Shown here piece by piece: positions 26,326-37,500 of a DNA stretch of 64,000 nt. Within the stretch, counting starts at the first letter, position 1. Each line of letters opens with the position of its first letter. A program made the position numbers and the translations under genes. Source of the DNA: an uncultured Candidatus Saccharibacteria bacterium (GTDB lineage: Bacteria > Patescibacteriota > Minisyncoccia > UBA6257 > 2-01-FULL-56-20); NCBI GenBank assembly GCA_964361095.1, contig CAYHZA010000006.1:1828-65827 (forward strand), given 5' to 3'. The notes under the pieces were generated by a model, which was given only the letters and a program-made list of their open reading frames with translations, made no database searches and was not told the origin of the DNA.

Positions 26326-27168
26326 ATGCGTTATATATTCTTCGGCACGCCGGAATTTGCCGCGATTATCCTTAAAGCGCTTTGCGTGGCGGGATTTCCG
26401 CCCGTGGCAGTTGTTACGAATCCCGACCGGCCGTTCGGGAGAAAAAAAATCATCACTCCCCCGCCATCAAAGCGCGTAGCGCTCGAATGGAATATTCCCG
26501 TTCTTCAACCCGAGAAGATTGACGGGAAATTTATCGAAAAAATTCAAGAGATAAACCCTGAATTTTTTATCGTCGCGGCATACGCAAAAATTCTTCCGCA
26601 AGCGCTTATTGATCTCCCGCCAAAAAAAGCAATCGGCGTCCATCCCTCGCTTCTTCCCAAATTGAGAGGAACAACGCCTATCCAGAGCGCTATTCTTCAC
26701 GGATTGGATGAAACGGGGGTTACGCTCTTCCTTTTAGACTCAAAAGCCGACCATGGGCCGATCTTGGCGCAAAAACGGCTTCCGGTGGGGGGGCAAAGCT
26801 ATCGAATTCTCGCTCATACACTCGCTCTCGCCTCGGGCGATCTTTTGGTTGACACTCTCCCTCGGTGGGAAAAAGGAGAAATTCATCTGATGATTCAAGA
26901 CGAAACGAACGCAACAACGACGAAAAAATTTTCCTCCGAGGACGGGTATGTGCCTATTGAAGTGTTGGAACGCGCCGAATCAGGAGAGGAAATTCTTGCG
27001 TCTCAAGTCGAGCGGAAGATCCGCGCGCTGAACCCCGAGCCGGGAGTGTACACCATGCGGGAGGGGGGACGCATTAAATTACTTGAAGCAATGCTCGAAG
27101 GAAAAAAATTAAAACTCCTTACCGTACAGCGAGAAGGCAAAAAACCGGAACCATTTCGAGGACTATAA
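26326..27168 (+). CDS. fmt: Methionyl-tRNA formyltransferase (short form, 280 aa)
   Basis: N-terminal formyltransferase domain (MRYIFFGTPEFA.., HPSLLP..) and a reduced C-terminal domain. Confidence 0.85.
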   Translation: MRYIFFGTPEFAAIILKALCVAGFPPVAVVTNPDRPFGRKKIITPPPSKRVALEWNIPVLQPEKIDGKFIEKIQEINPEFFIVAAYAKILPQALIDLPPKKAIGVHPSLLPKLRGTTPIQSAILHGLDETGVTLFLLDSKADHGPILAQKRLPVGGQSYRILAHTLALASGDLLVDTLPRWEKGEIHLMIQDETNATTTKKFSSEDGYVPIEVLERAESGEEILASQVERKIRALNPEPGVYTMREGGRIKLLEAMLEGKKLKLLTVQREGKKPEPFRGL

Positions 27169-27169
27169 A

Positions 27170-29230
27170 TTACGCTTCGCGCTCGATTTCCCAAATCTCT
27201 TTTCCGATATACTTTTCGACGATTTCGAGATCTCGGAGAATTTTTTCTTCTTGGGACCGTTCCCGTTCGGAAAAAGAACCCGACTCTTTCGCCTTTTGGA
27301 TGAGCAAAAGTTCGGCGCGGATATCGCGGGAGAGAACGGCAAATCCCCGCTTGATCGATTCTTCGGCTTCTCGTATGTCTTCGAGTAATTTCCGGTGTTT
27401 TTTCTTTGCCTGTCGCCGATGATACAGTGCGAAGCAGATAAGGATAAGAAGCACAAGAAGAAGCGCAAGCGCGATCATAAAGTACACCGCTTCATAGCTT
27501 AAGCGCGAGGTTCCAAGCTGTAGCGCCGCCGCGGACACCGTAAGCCGAATCTGCGGGCTCGGAGGGCTTTGCACTTCCCCTACCCTCGCTTGCGCCCACA
27601 GCGAATATATGCCGGCGGAAAGAAGCTTCGAATGCGTGTAAAACCACTCTCCGTTTTTGTCTGCGGTTACGTTCATGCTTACGGTTTCGCCGCTCTCGTA
27701 ATTTTGAAGATAAAGAACGATCTGGCTGTTGGGAATCACCGCCACGCCCCCGACGTAGAAAATCTCACGATTGGTAATATTTTTTGAAACCTGCGTGATA
27801 ATCGGCGGGGATTCGAGGTTATTCGCGTTTTGGGCATACACTCCCGCAAGCGGAATAACGAACGAGATACCGAAGTAAAGAAAGAAAATAAAAATTCCTT
27901 TGTACTTTTCCCGAAGCGATGTGAGCTCCTCAAGCTTCTTTCGTATTTCTTCGGGCAGTTCCCCGGCGCGATGTTTTGCATCCACGCGCGTATGGCGTCG
28001 ATAAGACCGGTAAACAAGGAATACGGCGAAAATAATCGCGAGTATCCCTATTCCCCATACGACCGCCCAGGGAAGCACAAAATTTCCCCATAGCGTGAGT
28101 CCTTTGGTTTGCACAACGCTAAAAAACGACGTTGTAATTACCAAACGCTGTATTTCCTGGACATAGTTTCCCGCCTTGTCAAACGCGCGAACGAAGACGT
28201 CGTATTCGCCAAGCGAAAGTTCGGGGATATACGGGCTATTTGCCTCGATAAAAAAATTTTGCGCAGTGCGATTTTCGATATTTTCTCCTTCGGGAAGGGT
28301 GAGTCCGACGATCTTCAACTCATAATGGTCGAGTCCCGAAAGCGCGTCCGTCGTCTGAAAATTTATGACCGGCTTTCGAGTGACGGTGCGCGCTTTCGGA
28401 TTTATTTCAATGGTGAAATGCGCGGGCGGCGTCCCGTCGATCTTCAGCGAATAATGGGTAACGCCTCCCCAGCTGCCGCTCCGCAGAGCCTTGATATGAA
28501 AATAATAGATGTCATCGGAGAGATTTTTATACGATTGCGTTGTTTTTTGTCCTTCGGAAATATCGTCGGGGATGTCGATGGGCTGGTTATTCACTACGTA
28601 GCTGTATCCTTGCACGGGCTCATCGCTCCCCCATTGAAGACCGACATTCCGATTCGAATACCACTTTTCCTGGTCGGAATGCGTTGGAGAACTTACCGCA
28701 GGGCCGGCCGGAGGCGGAAGCGCAAGATTATAAATGCCCCCCGTTGTCTGTCCAAGAACGTCTGTCCCCCTCCCGTCGTTTAGGAGCACACGAGAAGTAT
28801 CCTCGAAGCGAATCACCGCGGTGCCGACGGAAACGACACGGAACGTTATTTCGGAGATGAGGCCGGCATTCGTGTTGATGCCCGGATTCGGGATAGCCCC
28901 CTGGAATTTTATGCTTCCCTTCCGATTATCGTACGTTGGTTGGACAACCCATACACCGACAAACGATTTTCCGGCACTTGGAGAAACAACCTGAAGTTTA
29001 TCAGAGGGGAATTTTAAATCGGCTTGGATCGCGTTGATGCTCTGGCTGTTTGTATTGACAAAAATGGAAACCGTAAACGTACTGCCAACAACGTATGTTC
29101 CGGAACTTGGTCCGACGAATAACGACGCGGGAGACGATTGGGCATGCGAACTAAAAAAAACGAAGAAGAGAAAGGTAACTCCAGCGGGGATAAAAATAAA
29201 ATTGGCACAATTTTTTTTTACAATGTTCAC
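27170..29230 (-). CDS. Surface protein: signal peptide, cohesin-like domain, FN3-like domain(s), three TM segments, cytoplasmic coiled-coil tail
   Basis: N-terminal domain (..LKFPSDKLQVVS..) is paralogous to the 30153..31445 protein. FN3-like ..YDVFVRAFDKAGN..; C-terminal charged heptad region. Confidence 0.6.
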   Translation of the reverse strand: MNIVKKNCANFIFIPAGVTFLFFVFFSSHAQSSPASLFVGPSSGTYVVGSTFTVSIFVNTNSQSINAIQADLKFPSDKLQVVSPSAGKSFVGVWVVQPTYDNRKGSIKFQGAIPNPGINTNAGLISEITFRVVSVGTAVIRFEDTSRVLLNDGRGTDVLGQTTGGIYNLALPPPAGPAVSSPTHSDQEKWYSNRNVGLQWGSDEPVQGYSYVVNNQPIDIPDDISEGQKTTQSYKNLSDDIYYFHIKALRSGSWGGVTHYSLKIDGTPPAHFTIEINPKARTVTRKPVINFQTTDALSGLDHYELKIVGLTLPEGENIENRTAQNFFIEANSPYIPELSLGEYDVFVRAFDKAGNYVQEIQRLVITTSFFSVVQTKGLTLWGNFVLPWAVVWGIGILAIIFAVFLVYRSYRRHTRVDAKHRAGELPEEIRKKLEELTSLREKYKGIFIFFLYFGISFVIPLAGVYAQNANNLESPPIITQVSKNITNREIFYVGGVAVIPNSQIVLYLQNYESGETVSMNVTADKNGEWFYTHSKLLSAGIYSLWAQARVGEVQSPPSPQIRLTVSAAALQLGTSRLSYEAVYFMIALALLLVLLILICFALYHRRQAKKKHRKLLEDIREAEESIKRGFAVLSRDIRAELLLIQKAKESGSFSERERSQEEKILRDLEIVEKYIGKEIWEIEREA

Positions 29231-29265
29231 GGTCTTCCTTTATGATGTCTCTTAATTTGTGGAAC

Positions 29266-30153
29266 TCAAGACTGTTTTCGAATTCTTCCTATCCGATACA
29301 TAAGAAATAATAAAAGAACGACGGCAATAAGCAAAATCGGAAAAAAGTTTTTAAGAAAAATCGGCCAGTAGTAAATTACTTGAGCGGCTTGATTCTCGAA
29401 ATTATCGGCAACCCGAAATCCTACCGCCCAGGCATTCGAAGGAATCGCCGCGGGATTATCGACAGGAGTCCACTCGCTCCAAAAAATCCATGTGCGATAG
29501 CGCGCCATTGCCTCCTTCACTCCCGAGCCGTTATCCCTTACAAGGAAGCTCAGAAACTGTTGATTCGGATTAAGGGGATCTTCTTCTAAAGCTAAAAAAC
29601 TGATCTCTGGTGGATTGATATCTTTTTTCTCCGTGATTTGAACAGGAGTTCCCTCGGAAATTGAAAGAGAGGCACTCTCCCGTTCTAAATCCGTTTTTGT
29701 TCCTTTCCCGTTCGCCATATAGGCCTCAGCTGTTTTAAATACGAGAGTCGCTTTGCCTTTTTGAATCGCCTTGAAACGGATGGTCAAAAGCTTTCCTTGA
29801 GACCCCGTGAACTCATGTAAGCTCCCTCCGACAATCTCAATCTCGCCCGGCTTGTTCAGATTGGGCTGGTTTTGCCAAACATCGATGATTGAATTGCTGT
29901 TATTGATTTCTTCCGCAAGAAGGGCGTCGGGAGAGTAAGCAACTACGATGTTATATGCATTGAGCGAAATATCGGAATCAATAAAAACGTTTGCCTCGAA
30001 TTCAGAATCTACGGAAATTGTCGCGGGGATATCAATGTAAAGCTTAGATGTCGCACCCATCGAAAAATTAGTTCCCCAAAGGAAAAAAATGGCAAGAAAA
30101 CAAAAAAGTAATAACGAAAATCTAATTTTAGTACCGAGAATTTTCTCCTTCAT
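29266..30153 (-). CDS. Secreted cohesin-like domain protein with C-terminal TM anchor
   Basis: Signal peptide (MKEKILGTKIRFSLLLF..), a beta-sandwich region (..TLVFKTAEAYMANG..), and a C-terminal hydrophobic anchor. Start at ATG 30153 overlaps the upstream stop (TAATG). Confidence 0.5.
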   Translation of the reverse strand: MKEKILGTKIRFSLLLFCFLAIFFLWGTNFSMGATSKLYIDIPATISVDSEFEANVFIDSDISLNAYNIVVAYSPDALLAEEINNSNSIIDVWQNQPNLNKPGEIEIVGGSLHEFTGSQGKLLTIRFKAIQKGKATLVFKTAEAYMANGKGTKTDLERESASLSISEGTPVQITEKKDINPPEISFLALEEDPLNPNQQFLSFLVRDNGSGVKEAMARYRTWIFWSEWTPVDNPAAIPSNAWAVGFRVADNFENQAAQVIYYWPIFLKNFFPILLIAVVLLLFLMYRIGRIRKQS

Positions 30154-31445
30154 TATTTTTGTACTATCCCAATTTGTTCCACTGTTTCGAACGTATGCTC
30201 GACTTTTCGATGCCACCGCCATAAAACGCGGACCGCATACCCGAGCGCAACAAGAAGCAAAAAACCAAATAAAACAACATAGGGCCAGGGGAAAAAATAT
30301 CCGCCCGCCAAGAGAATGCCCTTTCCGTCTAATATTTGAACAAGAGTATTCGCAATTTCCAGATCCTCTTTAGCTTCTTGAAAATTACCCGCCTCATCAT
30401 AGGCTCTTACGATAATCTGGTATCTTCCCAAGTCAAGCGACTCGGAATAGGGGGAGGCGGCTTCTATGAAAAACTCCTGACCAAAATTTGATGCGATTTT
30501 AGCGCTCAACACCTTAAGCTCATAGTGATCCATTCCAGAAATGGAATCTGTAGTTTCAAAGTTGATAACCGGATTTCTGCTTGCAGTTTTTTTACTTGGG
30601 GCAATTTGAATGCCAAATTTCGCCGGAGAAGTACGATCTATCTTTATGGCATAGTGGGTAATTCCTCCCCAGATGCCGCTTTGAAGCGACTTAATGTGGA
30701 AATAGTGAACGCCATCCGGAAGATCATCATACGTGGCAACTGCGTTGGGACCCTCTGAAACATTATCCGGATCATCGTTTATAGTGCTACTTAAAAGATA
30801 ACTATATCCCGAAACATCCCTAGGACCATCCCACCGCAATACAACATGATCGATATCATACCACTTTTCTTGATTCGGGTTGGTGGGAGAGGTTACCGAA
30901 GGACCCGCAGGTGGTGGAACAGTAAGGTAATACAGCCCGCTCGCCTTTTTCGTCAAAATATCGGTAGCGAGCCCGTCAGCGAGAAACACATGCGAAGTGT
31001 CCAGAATTTTTATCGGCGCCACTCCAACATTCATCACTCGAAAGGTAATTGTTGAAATAACCCCCGACTCGGTATTGATTCCGGGATTGTGGATGCCCCC
31101 TTGAAAGTTAAGCGTGCCATTCCTATTTGAATATGACGGCGGTGACGCCCAAATATCGATGAACGACTTTGCAATGGTAGTCGGCGAAACAACTTGTAGC
31201 TTATCCGGCGGGAAACTGAGATTTATCTCAAGGGCATTCACAAACTGATTGCCAGTGTCAAGATATAAGGAAACAGTGAACGTGCTCCCAACAGAAAAAC
31301 TCCCGCTTGAAGGGCCCAAAAAAACAGAGGCCGTTCCTCTTCCCTGCGCCAAGACCACATGTGGAAAAAAGAAAAAAAACCCCCATATCATAAGAATGAA
31401 CGCGGGAAACAACGAAAGAAATAAGACCTTATTTTTGATTATCAT
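30153..31445 (-). CDS. Surface protein: cohesin-like domain, FN3-like domain, C-terminal TM anchor
   Basis: Paralogue of the 27170..29230 N-terminal half (..LSFPPDKLQVVSPT.., ..YQIIVRAYDEAGN..). Confidence 0.6.
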   Translation of the reverse strand: MIIKNKVLFLSLFPAFILMIWGFFFFFPHVVLAQGRGTASVFLGPSSGSFSVGSTFTVSLYLDTGNQFVNALEINLSFPPDKLQVVSPTTIAKSFIDIWASPPSYSNRNGTLNFQGGIHNPGINTESGVISTITFRVMNVGVAPIKILDTSHVFLADGLATDILTKKASGLYYLTVPPPAGPSVTSPTNPNQEKWYDIDHVVLRWDGPRDVSGYSYLLSSTINDDPDNVSEGPNAVATYDDLPDGVHYFHIKSLQSGIWGGITHYAIKIDRTSPAKFGIQIAPSKKTASRNPVINFETTDSISGMDHYELKVLSAKIASNFGQEFFIEAASPYSESLDLGRYQIIVRAYDEAGNFQEAKEDLEIANTLVQILDGKGILLAGGYFFPWPYVVLFGFLLLVALGYAVRVLWRWHRKVEHTFETVEQIGIVQK

Positions 31446-31507
31446 ACGTGGAGGTGGTTCTTCTTATTATATACCTTTTTACCCAAAAGGATGTGGGGAA
31501 AAAACCG

Positions 31508-32428
31508 CTATGTAGTCCAATAGTAGAGAAGAATAGAAACATCAGCCATACTGACCGTACCATCGCCGTTAAAATCGGAACGCGCGACAGATTTATCTCG
31601 CCGCCCATAGTAGTAAAGTAAGATTGAAAAGTCTCTAATATCAATCCGCCGATCTCCGTTTAAATCTAATGTATCGAGAATATTCGAAACCGATGGCGGT
31701 CGCTCAGTAATTCTAGGGAGCGGTGGGCGGAGCGGCGGTCCTCCGCCGGTCGGTGGGACTTGAACAGTTCCTCCCTGTGGCGGCGGAGCGGGCGGTGTAA
31801 TTTGCGCTTGCGCCGAAAACGTCGGATAACGCGTGTAGGAATCAAGAACGGTTCCGGAAGAATATATCATTCGGAAAAACCAATCATTGGTCGTCGCGGC
31901 GGAGTTATTTTTTATCACCCAATCCCATTCTCCTCGTTGGCTGGCTGGAATCTCATTCGGCGTTTCGGCCGTCGGATTTGATTCCGAATACGATTCGCCA
32001 ACATTCGAATTCCCCAAAACCGGAGCGACGATTATCTGGCCATCGGAGACCCCCGGATTATCAGAAAAAATCCAGGGAGTGGACGTAGTAACATCCGCCC
32101 ACCCCGAAGAAGTAGTTGCTGAATATTGAAGCTTGAATATGGCTCCGGCGGGAAGCGCGAGAATTGTATCTTGGAGATTTATTCTCAAGCGAACCGTAGT
32201 TCCCGCGGCGGGTACAGTCGTTTCTGTATTCTCCGAATCAAGCGCGGTTCCGGGCGTAAGCGAGTCCGCGTTTGAGTACCACCGAAAATCACTTTGCGTA
32301 AGAGTGATAGTTGGGGCAGTAGTGACTACGCTCGTAGTTATCGGCGCGGCAAGGGCATTAAAAAAACCAAACGTGATGACAAAACTTATAAAAATTATAA
32401 AGATCTGATACCATTTCATTCCCAACAT
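31508..32428 (-). CDS. Secreted protein with Pro/Gly linker and C-terminal type-I-like dockerin (two Ca-binding repeats)
   Basis: DLNGDRRIDIRDFSILLYYY and DFNGDGTVSMADVSILLYYW repeats; linker PPAPPPQGGTVQVPPTGGG. Confidence 0.6.
   Translation of the reverse strand: MLGMKWYQIFIIFISFVITFGFFNALAAPITTSVVTTAPTITLTQSDFRWYSNADSLTPGTALDSENTETTVPAAGTTVRLRINLQDTILALPAGAIFKLQYSATTSSGWADVTTSTPWIFSDNPGVSDGQIIVAPVLGNSNVGESYSESNPTAETPNEIPASQRGEWDWVIKNNSAATTNDWFFRMIYSSGTVLDSYTRYPTFSAQAQITPPAPPPQGGTVQVPPTGGGPPLRPPLPRITERPPSVSNILDTLDLNGDRRIDIRDFSILLYYYGRRDKSVARSDFNGDGTVSMADVSILLYYWTT
31741..31796. repeat. ~56-bp DNA segment encoding the Pro/Gly linker; near-identical copy at 39015-39070
   Basis: ctccgccggtcggtgg(g/a)acttgaacagttcctccc.. 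with about 4 mismatches between the two copies. Confidence 0.6.
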
Positions 32429-32432
32429 TCAT

Positions 32433-33380
32433 TTATCTCTGCATTCTGCGCTTTCTTCTTTTGAGCACCATTCGAATGAAGATAATAAAAACAAATAAGG
32501 AGAAACCTATCGCGTAGTAAATCCAATTGTCTTGGAGTGATCGCAAGAAACGTTCCCGAGGATTCGAGAGTGTTCCCTCCTTCAAAACATTGAATATCGC
32601 CCGCTCGCTTTTTATAACCTTCTCTTCTTGATAAAAACTTACGCTTGCCCAATACTGCCCCAAGCCGAGATGAAAATTGATCGGAAACTCAACGACATAT
32701 TCTTTTGTCGCAAAGGGAGGTGTTTCCGGAAAGTCTTTGCTTTTGGGAACATAGGCAAGCCGTACCGCGCCAAAATTGTCAAAAAGTTCGAATGTGGCCG
32801 CGTCAAACGCTTCGGGTACGTTGCCGTCATTCACAAATTTTACGTATGCTCGCGGAGCCCATCCCTCCTCAATGTCGAGAAATTTTACCAGGGCGACATT
32901 AAAATTCCGATAGATATCGTTTCCCACCGTCACATTGATAGCTATCTGCACTCCGAGCGCGATGGCAACCTGACCACCCTCCGTTGTCGGACCGGCGGTG
33001 AAACGTAAATTTCCATGATACACCCCGAGAGCGGCATCTTTGGGTACATCTATTTCGATAGTTAAAGGAAATTGGCGCACTCCTTTTGGAATAATAACTT
33101 CTTTTCCTCCGTTCACCACGAACCAATTTCTAATCCGTTCGTTTACCTCGAGATTTGTTTGTATTTTTACATCATTATCGGGTTGATCTTGAACCAAATA
33201 AACCGTTTGCGAATAATGAGCGCCGGGAACCAAGTGGCTTTCGTTTAAAAACGGAGGAGAAATACCGAATGCCGCGTTTGAAACATGAGGATAAAAAATA
33301 AAAGCCCCAAGCAAAAAGCCGGAAGCGACAATAAAATAAAGAAGGCTAATATTTCGAAAGCCCCTATTCATCTCATTCAT
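32433..33380 (-). CDS. Secreted two-domain protein with C-terminal TM anchor (unknown function)
   Basis: Signal peptide, beta-rich domains, and a terminal hydrophobic helix followed by KRRKRR. Confidence 0.5.
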   Translation of the reverse strand: MNEMNRGFRNISLLYFIVASGFLLGAFIFYPHVSNAAFGISPPFLNESHLVPGAHYSQTVYLVQDQPDNDVKIQTNLEVNERIRNWFVVNGGKEVIIPKGVRQFPLTIEIDVPKDAALGVYHGNLRFTAGPTTEGGQVAIALGVQIAINVTVGNDIYRNFNVALVKFLDIEEGWAPRAYVKFVNDGNVPEAFDAATFELFDNFGAVRLAYVPKSKDFPETPPFATKEYVVEFPINFHLGLGQYWASVSFYQEEKVIKSERAIFNVLKEGTLSNPRERFLRSLQDNWIYYAIGFSLFVFIIFIRMVLKRRKRRMQR

Positions 33381-33459
33381 TATATCATATCAATATTGAC
33401 TTAACAAAACAATAAAACCCCCGGTAATCTAGGGGGTTTTATTGTTTTGTTTCAAAGTT

Positions 33460-34434
33460 CTATGGCTGGAAAAGCGAGGTGAAAAGAGTAACACCCGTAT
33501 ACGTACCCGTTGGTGTACCGGCAAGAACTTCAAGTCCCCAGAATGTTACCTTTGCGACATTCGAAGTACTTGTGGGCGAAGTCAAGAGAAAACCCGTTAC
33601 CGTTACTGCCGATGCGGTAAGTTGAGTGGCGCCACCCGGAAAGGTAAATGTTGATGTGGCAAAGCGCTGGCTACTCGTTGCGATCGCATTTGATCCCGAA
33701 GTCAGCGTTGCTGTCGCCGAGAGTTGAAGCGTCGTCGTTGAATTCCCGGCGTTCGTTGATGTCGCTGTTTGGTTTGATGCTCCGGACGTACTGCTTGCGG
33801 AAAGCGTTCCATAATTTATCGAAGATGTTGTTACATTTATTGCGGTTAAGGTGAGAAGTTCAACTCCAGCGGAATCGGTACTACCCGTGGCATTACTCGG
33901 ATCTCTAAATATTACCGTACCAATCCAATTTTGCGAAGCAAAGGTCGAGGAAGCATCGGTTGCCTGCGCGAAGTATTGTACCGCAACAGTAGTCGTTGTA
34001 TTTGTTGTTCCGCTCGAACAGGTACTTGACGCGGTAAAGGCGGTTGCCACATAACAATTTGCCGCGTCCGGAGTCGCAGAAGCCATACACGTTGATGAAG
34101 TTATTCCGGAGCGGTACAACAAAACCGTTGTACTCGCATTAATACTGGTAATGTCTCCGCAACCGTTATTGTCGCTGATGGTCGCGTTGATGCTTACGTT
34201 TGTCGTGGTATTCGCTGTAAGAACAATACTGCTTGCGGCATTTAAGACGACACTGGTAACCGTTGGGGCCGCGTTGCCAACAATGACGGTACTTGACGCC
34301 GTTTGCGTGGTACCCGCGGCGAAAATAGTATTCGGAATCATAGGGAGAAAGTTAAAAACAGTCCCGAAAAACCCTACGATTAAAATAGCTAAACCTATGC
34401 CGAATCCCAAGTACTCAACTTTCAATTTGTTCAT
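33460..34434 (-). CDS. Thr/Ser-rich secreted protein; C-terminal ~180 aa paralogous to the C-terminus of the 1395-aa protein
   Basis: Shared ..DATDASS.FAS.NW...V...D.S...GS....GVE...L.AI.VTTSSINYG.L..SST.G..NQ.. block. Confidence 0.5.
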   Translation of the reverse strand: MNKLKVEYLGFGIGLAILIVGFFGTVFNFLPMIPNTIFAAGTTQTASSTVIVGNAAPTVTSVVLNAASSIVLTANTTTNVSINATISDNNGCGDITSINASTTVLLYRSGITSSTCMASATPDAANCYVATAFTASSTCSSGTTNTTTTVAVQYFAQATDASSTFASQNWIGTVIFRDPSNATGSTDSAGVELLTLTAINVTTSSINYGTLSASSTSGASNQTATSTNAGNSTTTLQLSATATLTSGSNAIATSSQRFATSTFTFPGGATQLTASAVTVTGFLLTSPTSTSNVAKVTFWGLEVLAGTPTGTYTGVTLFTSLFQP

Positions 34435-34526
34435 ATGACTTATTTATTATAAGTATACCAAAAACGATTTGAATCGTACTGTGCATAACTAAACCCCGTT
34501 AGAGAAGCAGGGTATTGAAATAGACT

Positions 34527-37500
34527 TTAAGGACTAAACACCGCGGTAAAAGTATTGACACCCGTGTATGTTCCCGTCGCTTTCCCTGTAGAAACTTCAA
34601 TCCCCCAGTATGTGGGACTAGAAACGGTATTGGTGCTCGTTGGCGATGTTAATAAAAATCCGGAAACGGCTGTGGCGGCGCTGCTCAATACTTGTTCGAA
34701 TCCACCGAACGTAAACGTGGAAGTCGCGTAATGTTGAGAGCTTGTGGCAATTGAATTCGATCCCAGGGTAAGCGCCGTACCACTTATCTTGAGCGTTGAT
34801 GAGGAGTTGCCCACGTTTTTAATGGAAAGAATTTGGTTCGTTCCGCCGGTGGTACTCGAAGGAGTGAGCGAACCGTAGTTGATACTGCTTGTCGTTACAT
34901 CAATCGCGAGAAGCGTACTCATCTCAACACCACTCGCGGTTGTAGAGGCAGTCGCATTACTTGAGGCATCAGTAACGGTTATCCGCGCGAGCCAATTCTC
35001 GCCGCTATAACTCGAACTCGCGTCCGTCGCATCGGCAAAGTAATAAATCTCCGCGGAACAACTTACCGTGCTTGTGGAATCCGTAAAACTACAGCTTGAA
35101 CTCGCGAGTTGATAACAATTTGAATTATTCGCCGGACAATTCGCGGTACCGCCCGCCCCCGAGCGATAAATCGTTGAGGTCGCATAACGAATATCTCCCG
35201 CGCCGTCGGGATCGCTTGTCGAAGCTCGGGCGATAATGGTCGTCGTTGCGGCAGGAGTAAGAATAATCGCCGTACTTGAGTTTATAGTAACTCCGGAAAC
35301 GGTAGGAGCCGAACCTCCCGCGGGAGCGGTGTATTTCCCTAAAATCACATCGCGGTATACCGGGAGCGACGTGGCCGAGCTCACGGTATAAGTAACACTA
35401 TGCGTGTGACTAGTATCTGCGGCATTTGCGGCAGTACCACTTTTGTTGACTGCATTACCGGAATTGCTTGCGATGTTGGCAAATGTTGTAGAGGCCGTAT
35501 GATTGTGCGTACTGCTCCCGCCCGTGGAACCAAAAGAACTCGCTCCTTTAAGAAATTTTCCGGCATAGGCGCTTCCCGATGTCGAAACGATGCTCCAATT
35601 CGACGGAAGCGATGCGTTATCAAAGAGTGCAATCAAGCCGTCGGGAATCGAAGAAGTTGCGCCAAGTTGGGCAAAAACCACGGTGATAAAAGGCGGCGTA
35701 TTGTTGTCGGCACCAATCGTGCTGGCGGCCGGTATTGTATGATCGTGGAGGTGCGGGTCGGTGTTCTTTCCATTACCACTGTCGTCCAATCTCCCCGCAG
35801 AGGCGCCGGAGGTAAGAGCTGCGGTAGTTGTGGGATTATGCGTGGATGCGCCACCAGTTAGGCCGTCGGCATCACCCCTAAGATATCGCTGGACATTCAG
35901 CGGGGAAATACCGTCACCGTTGAACGCGGAGTAAGAAGACCAGCCGGAAGGGAGAGAAGCTACGGCAACGTCGAAAATGCCGATTGTTCCGTTCGGAAGC
36001 GTAGTGGTCGCGGCGCTTATGAATTTCAGATTTCCAAATATAGGCCGGATGTCTTCTGAAGCAAGCGTTGGATTCCCCCATGTATGTGTGTGCGCTTCGG
36101 TAGCCGAAAACGTACCTATGGCGGCAGTGTTGATTCCGATGCCTGTACCTTGGGTATATGACGAAAACGTAAGCGTGTGTGTTACGTTATCCGCGCTTGA
36201 GGACGCGGAGCCGTAGGTCGAACTCGCCCGCGGAAACACGCCGAAAAATGGATCGGTTGCCACGCACGAAATACATGTCCAACCATTTGGAATTGTCGCG
36301 CCGTCCCAGAGTAATATAACCTCACCCGCCGCGTCGGCGGCTATCTGCCATTTTCTTGATTCTTGCCATGACCCGATTTCCAAGGCCCCTAGTTTATACA
36401 ATTCCGGGCTTACATTGGGCGCTTTGAAAAAATAATTCAGTTCGGCGCTCTCCCCTGCTTTAACATTGACGTTCCACGTAATTGTCTGATCGTGTATTCG
36501 ATTTTCTTTTTTTGAATTCAACTCGTTCGTGATATTAAACGAAAGCGGCACGATTTCACGTATCTCACCCGCGTAATCTTCGTTCGCGACGATATGCATC
36601 GTCATTTTGTAAATTGCCGGAGGGAAAATTCTTGTGGGACCGATACGCTCCACGCTAAAACGCGGCGCTTGCTCCACGCGGAAGATGTCCGTGATCGTGC
36701 GCCCACCGTTAGGCGTTCTCGCGGAAACAGAAACCTCGTACGTTCCCGATTCGTCGGCTTTTATGGAAGCGGAGTAATCCGGTTCATTCGTTACCGTTTC
36801 CGGGCCACATGACAGATTCCGTTTAATTTTTTTATTTGCGGTCGAAAGAAAAATAGTTCTGCCGGATGGCGCTTTGATTTGCGTCTCGATATTCGCGTTG
36901 CATATCGTGTGTCCCTGATCGTCCAATACTCCAAAACCAATGCGTGCCGTATCCCCTATCGCATAGATAGATTTATTAAAATTTACCGCGAGTACGCCCC
37001 ACGTAAAGTCGTTTTCCGTGAAGTAAATGACGCTATTTTTTAATATCCAAAGTCGAAGCGTGTAGCGCCCGGGATGGAACTCACGCTCCGGCTCGGGGAT
37101 ACTAATTCGGAGCTGGTTATTTACATTGAGTAGTATCGGTTCTATATTCGTTTCTTTCCCGTCAGGCCCGATAATGCGCGCGATGATGGGATTGCTTAAG
37201 GTCGGCAAATTACCCGGCGATAGATTTGACTGTGCTTCCGCCGAATTTCGAAAAAGATTTAAAAAAAAACCAAGCCATGCAAAATGGCTTTTCTGCGGGC
37301 GCGCGTATGACGCGGGGCCTTGCGATTGCGCGGGCGGCGAAAAAGAAGATTGTATCGTGGAACTGGGAATCGGCAAGTCGTCGAGGTTTAAATCAAACGA
37401 GGGAGTTTCGCTTGGTCCGAAATCTTTTTGATTGGGCCTCGTCGGGAGGGGTTTTTTACCGTCGGGAAGAGTGATAATACGGGGCGTGTTTTCGAGTGAT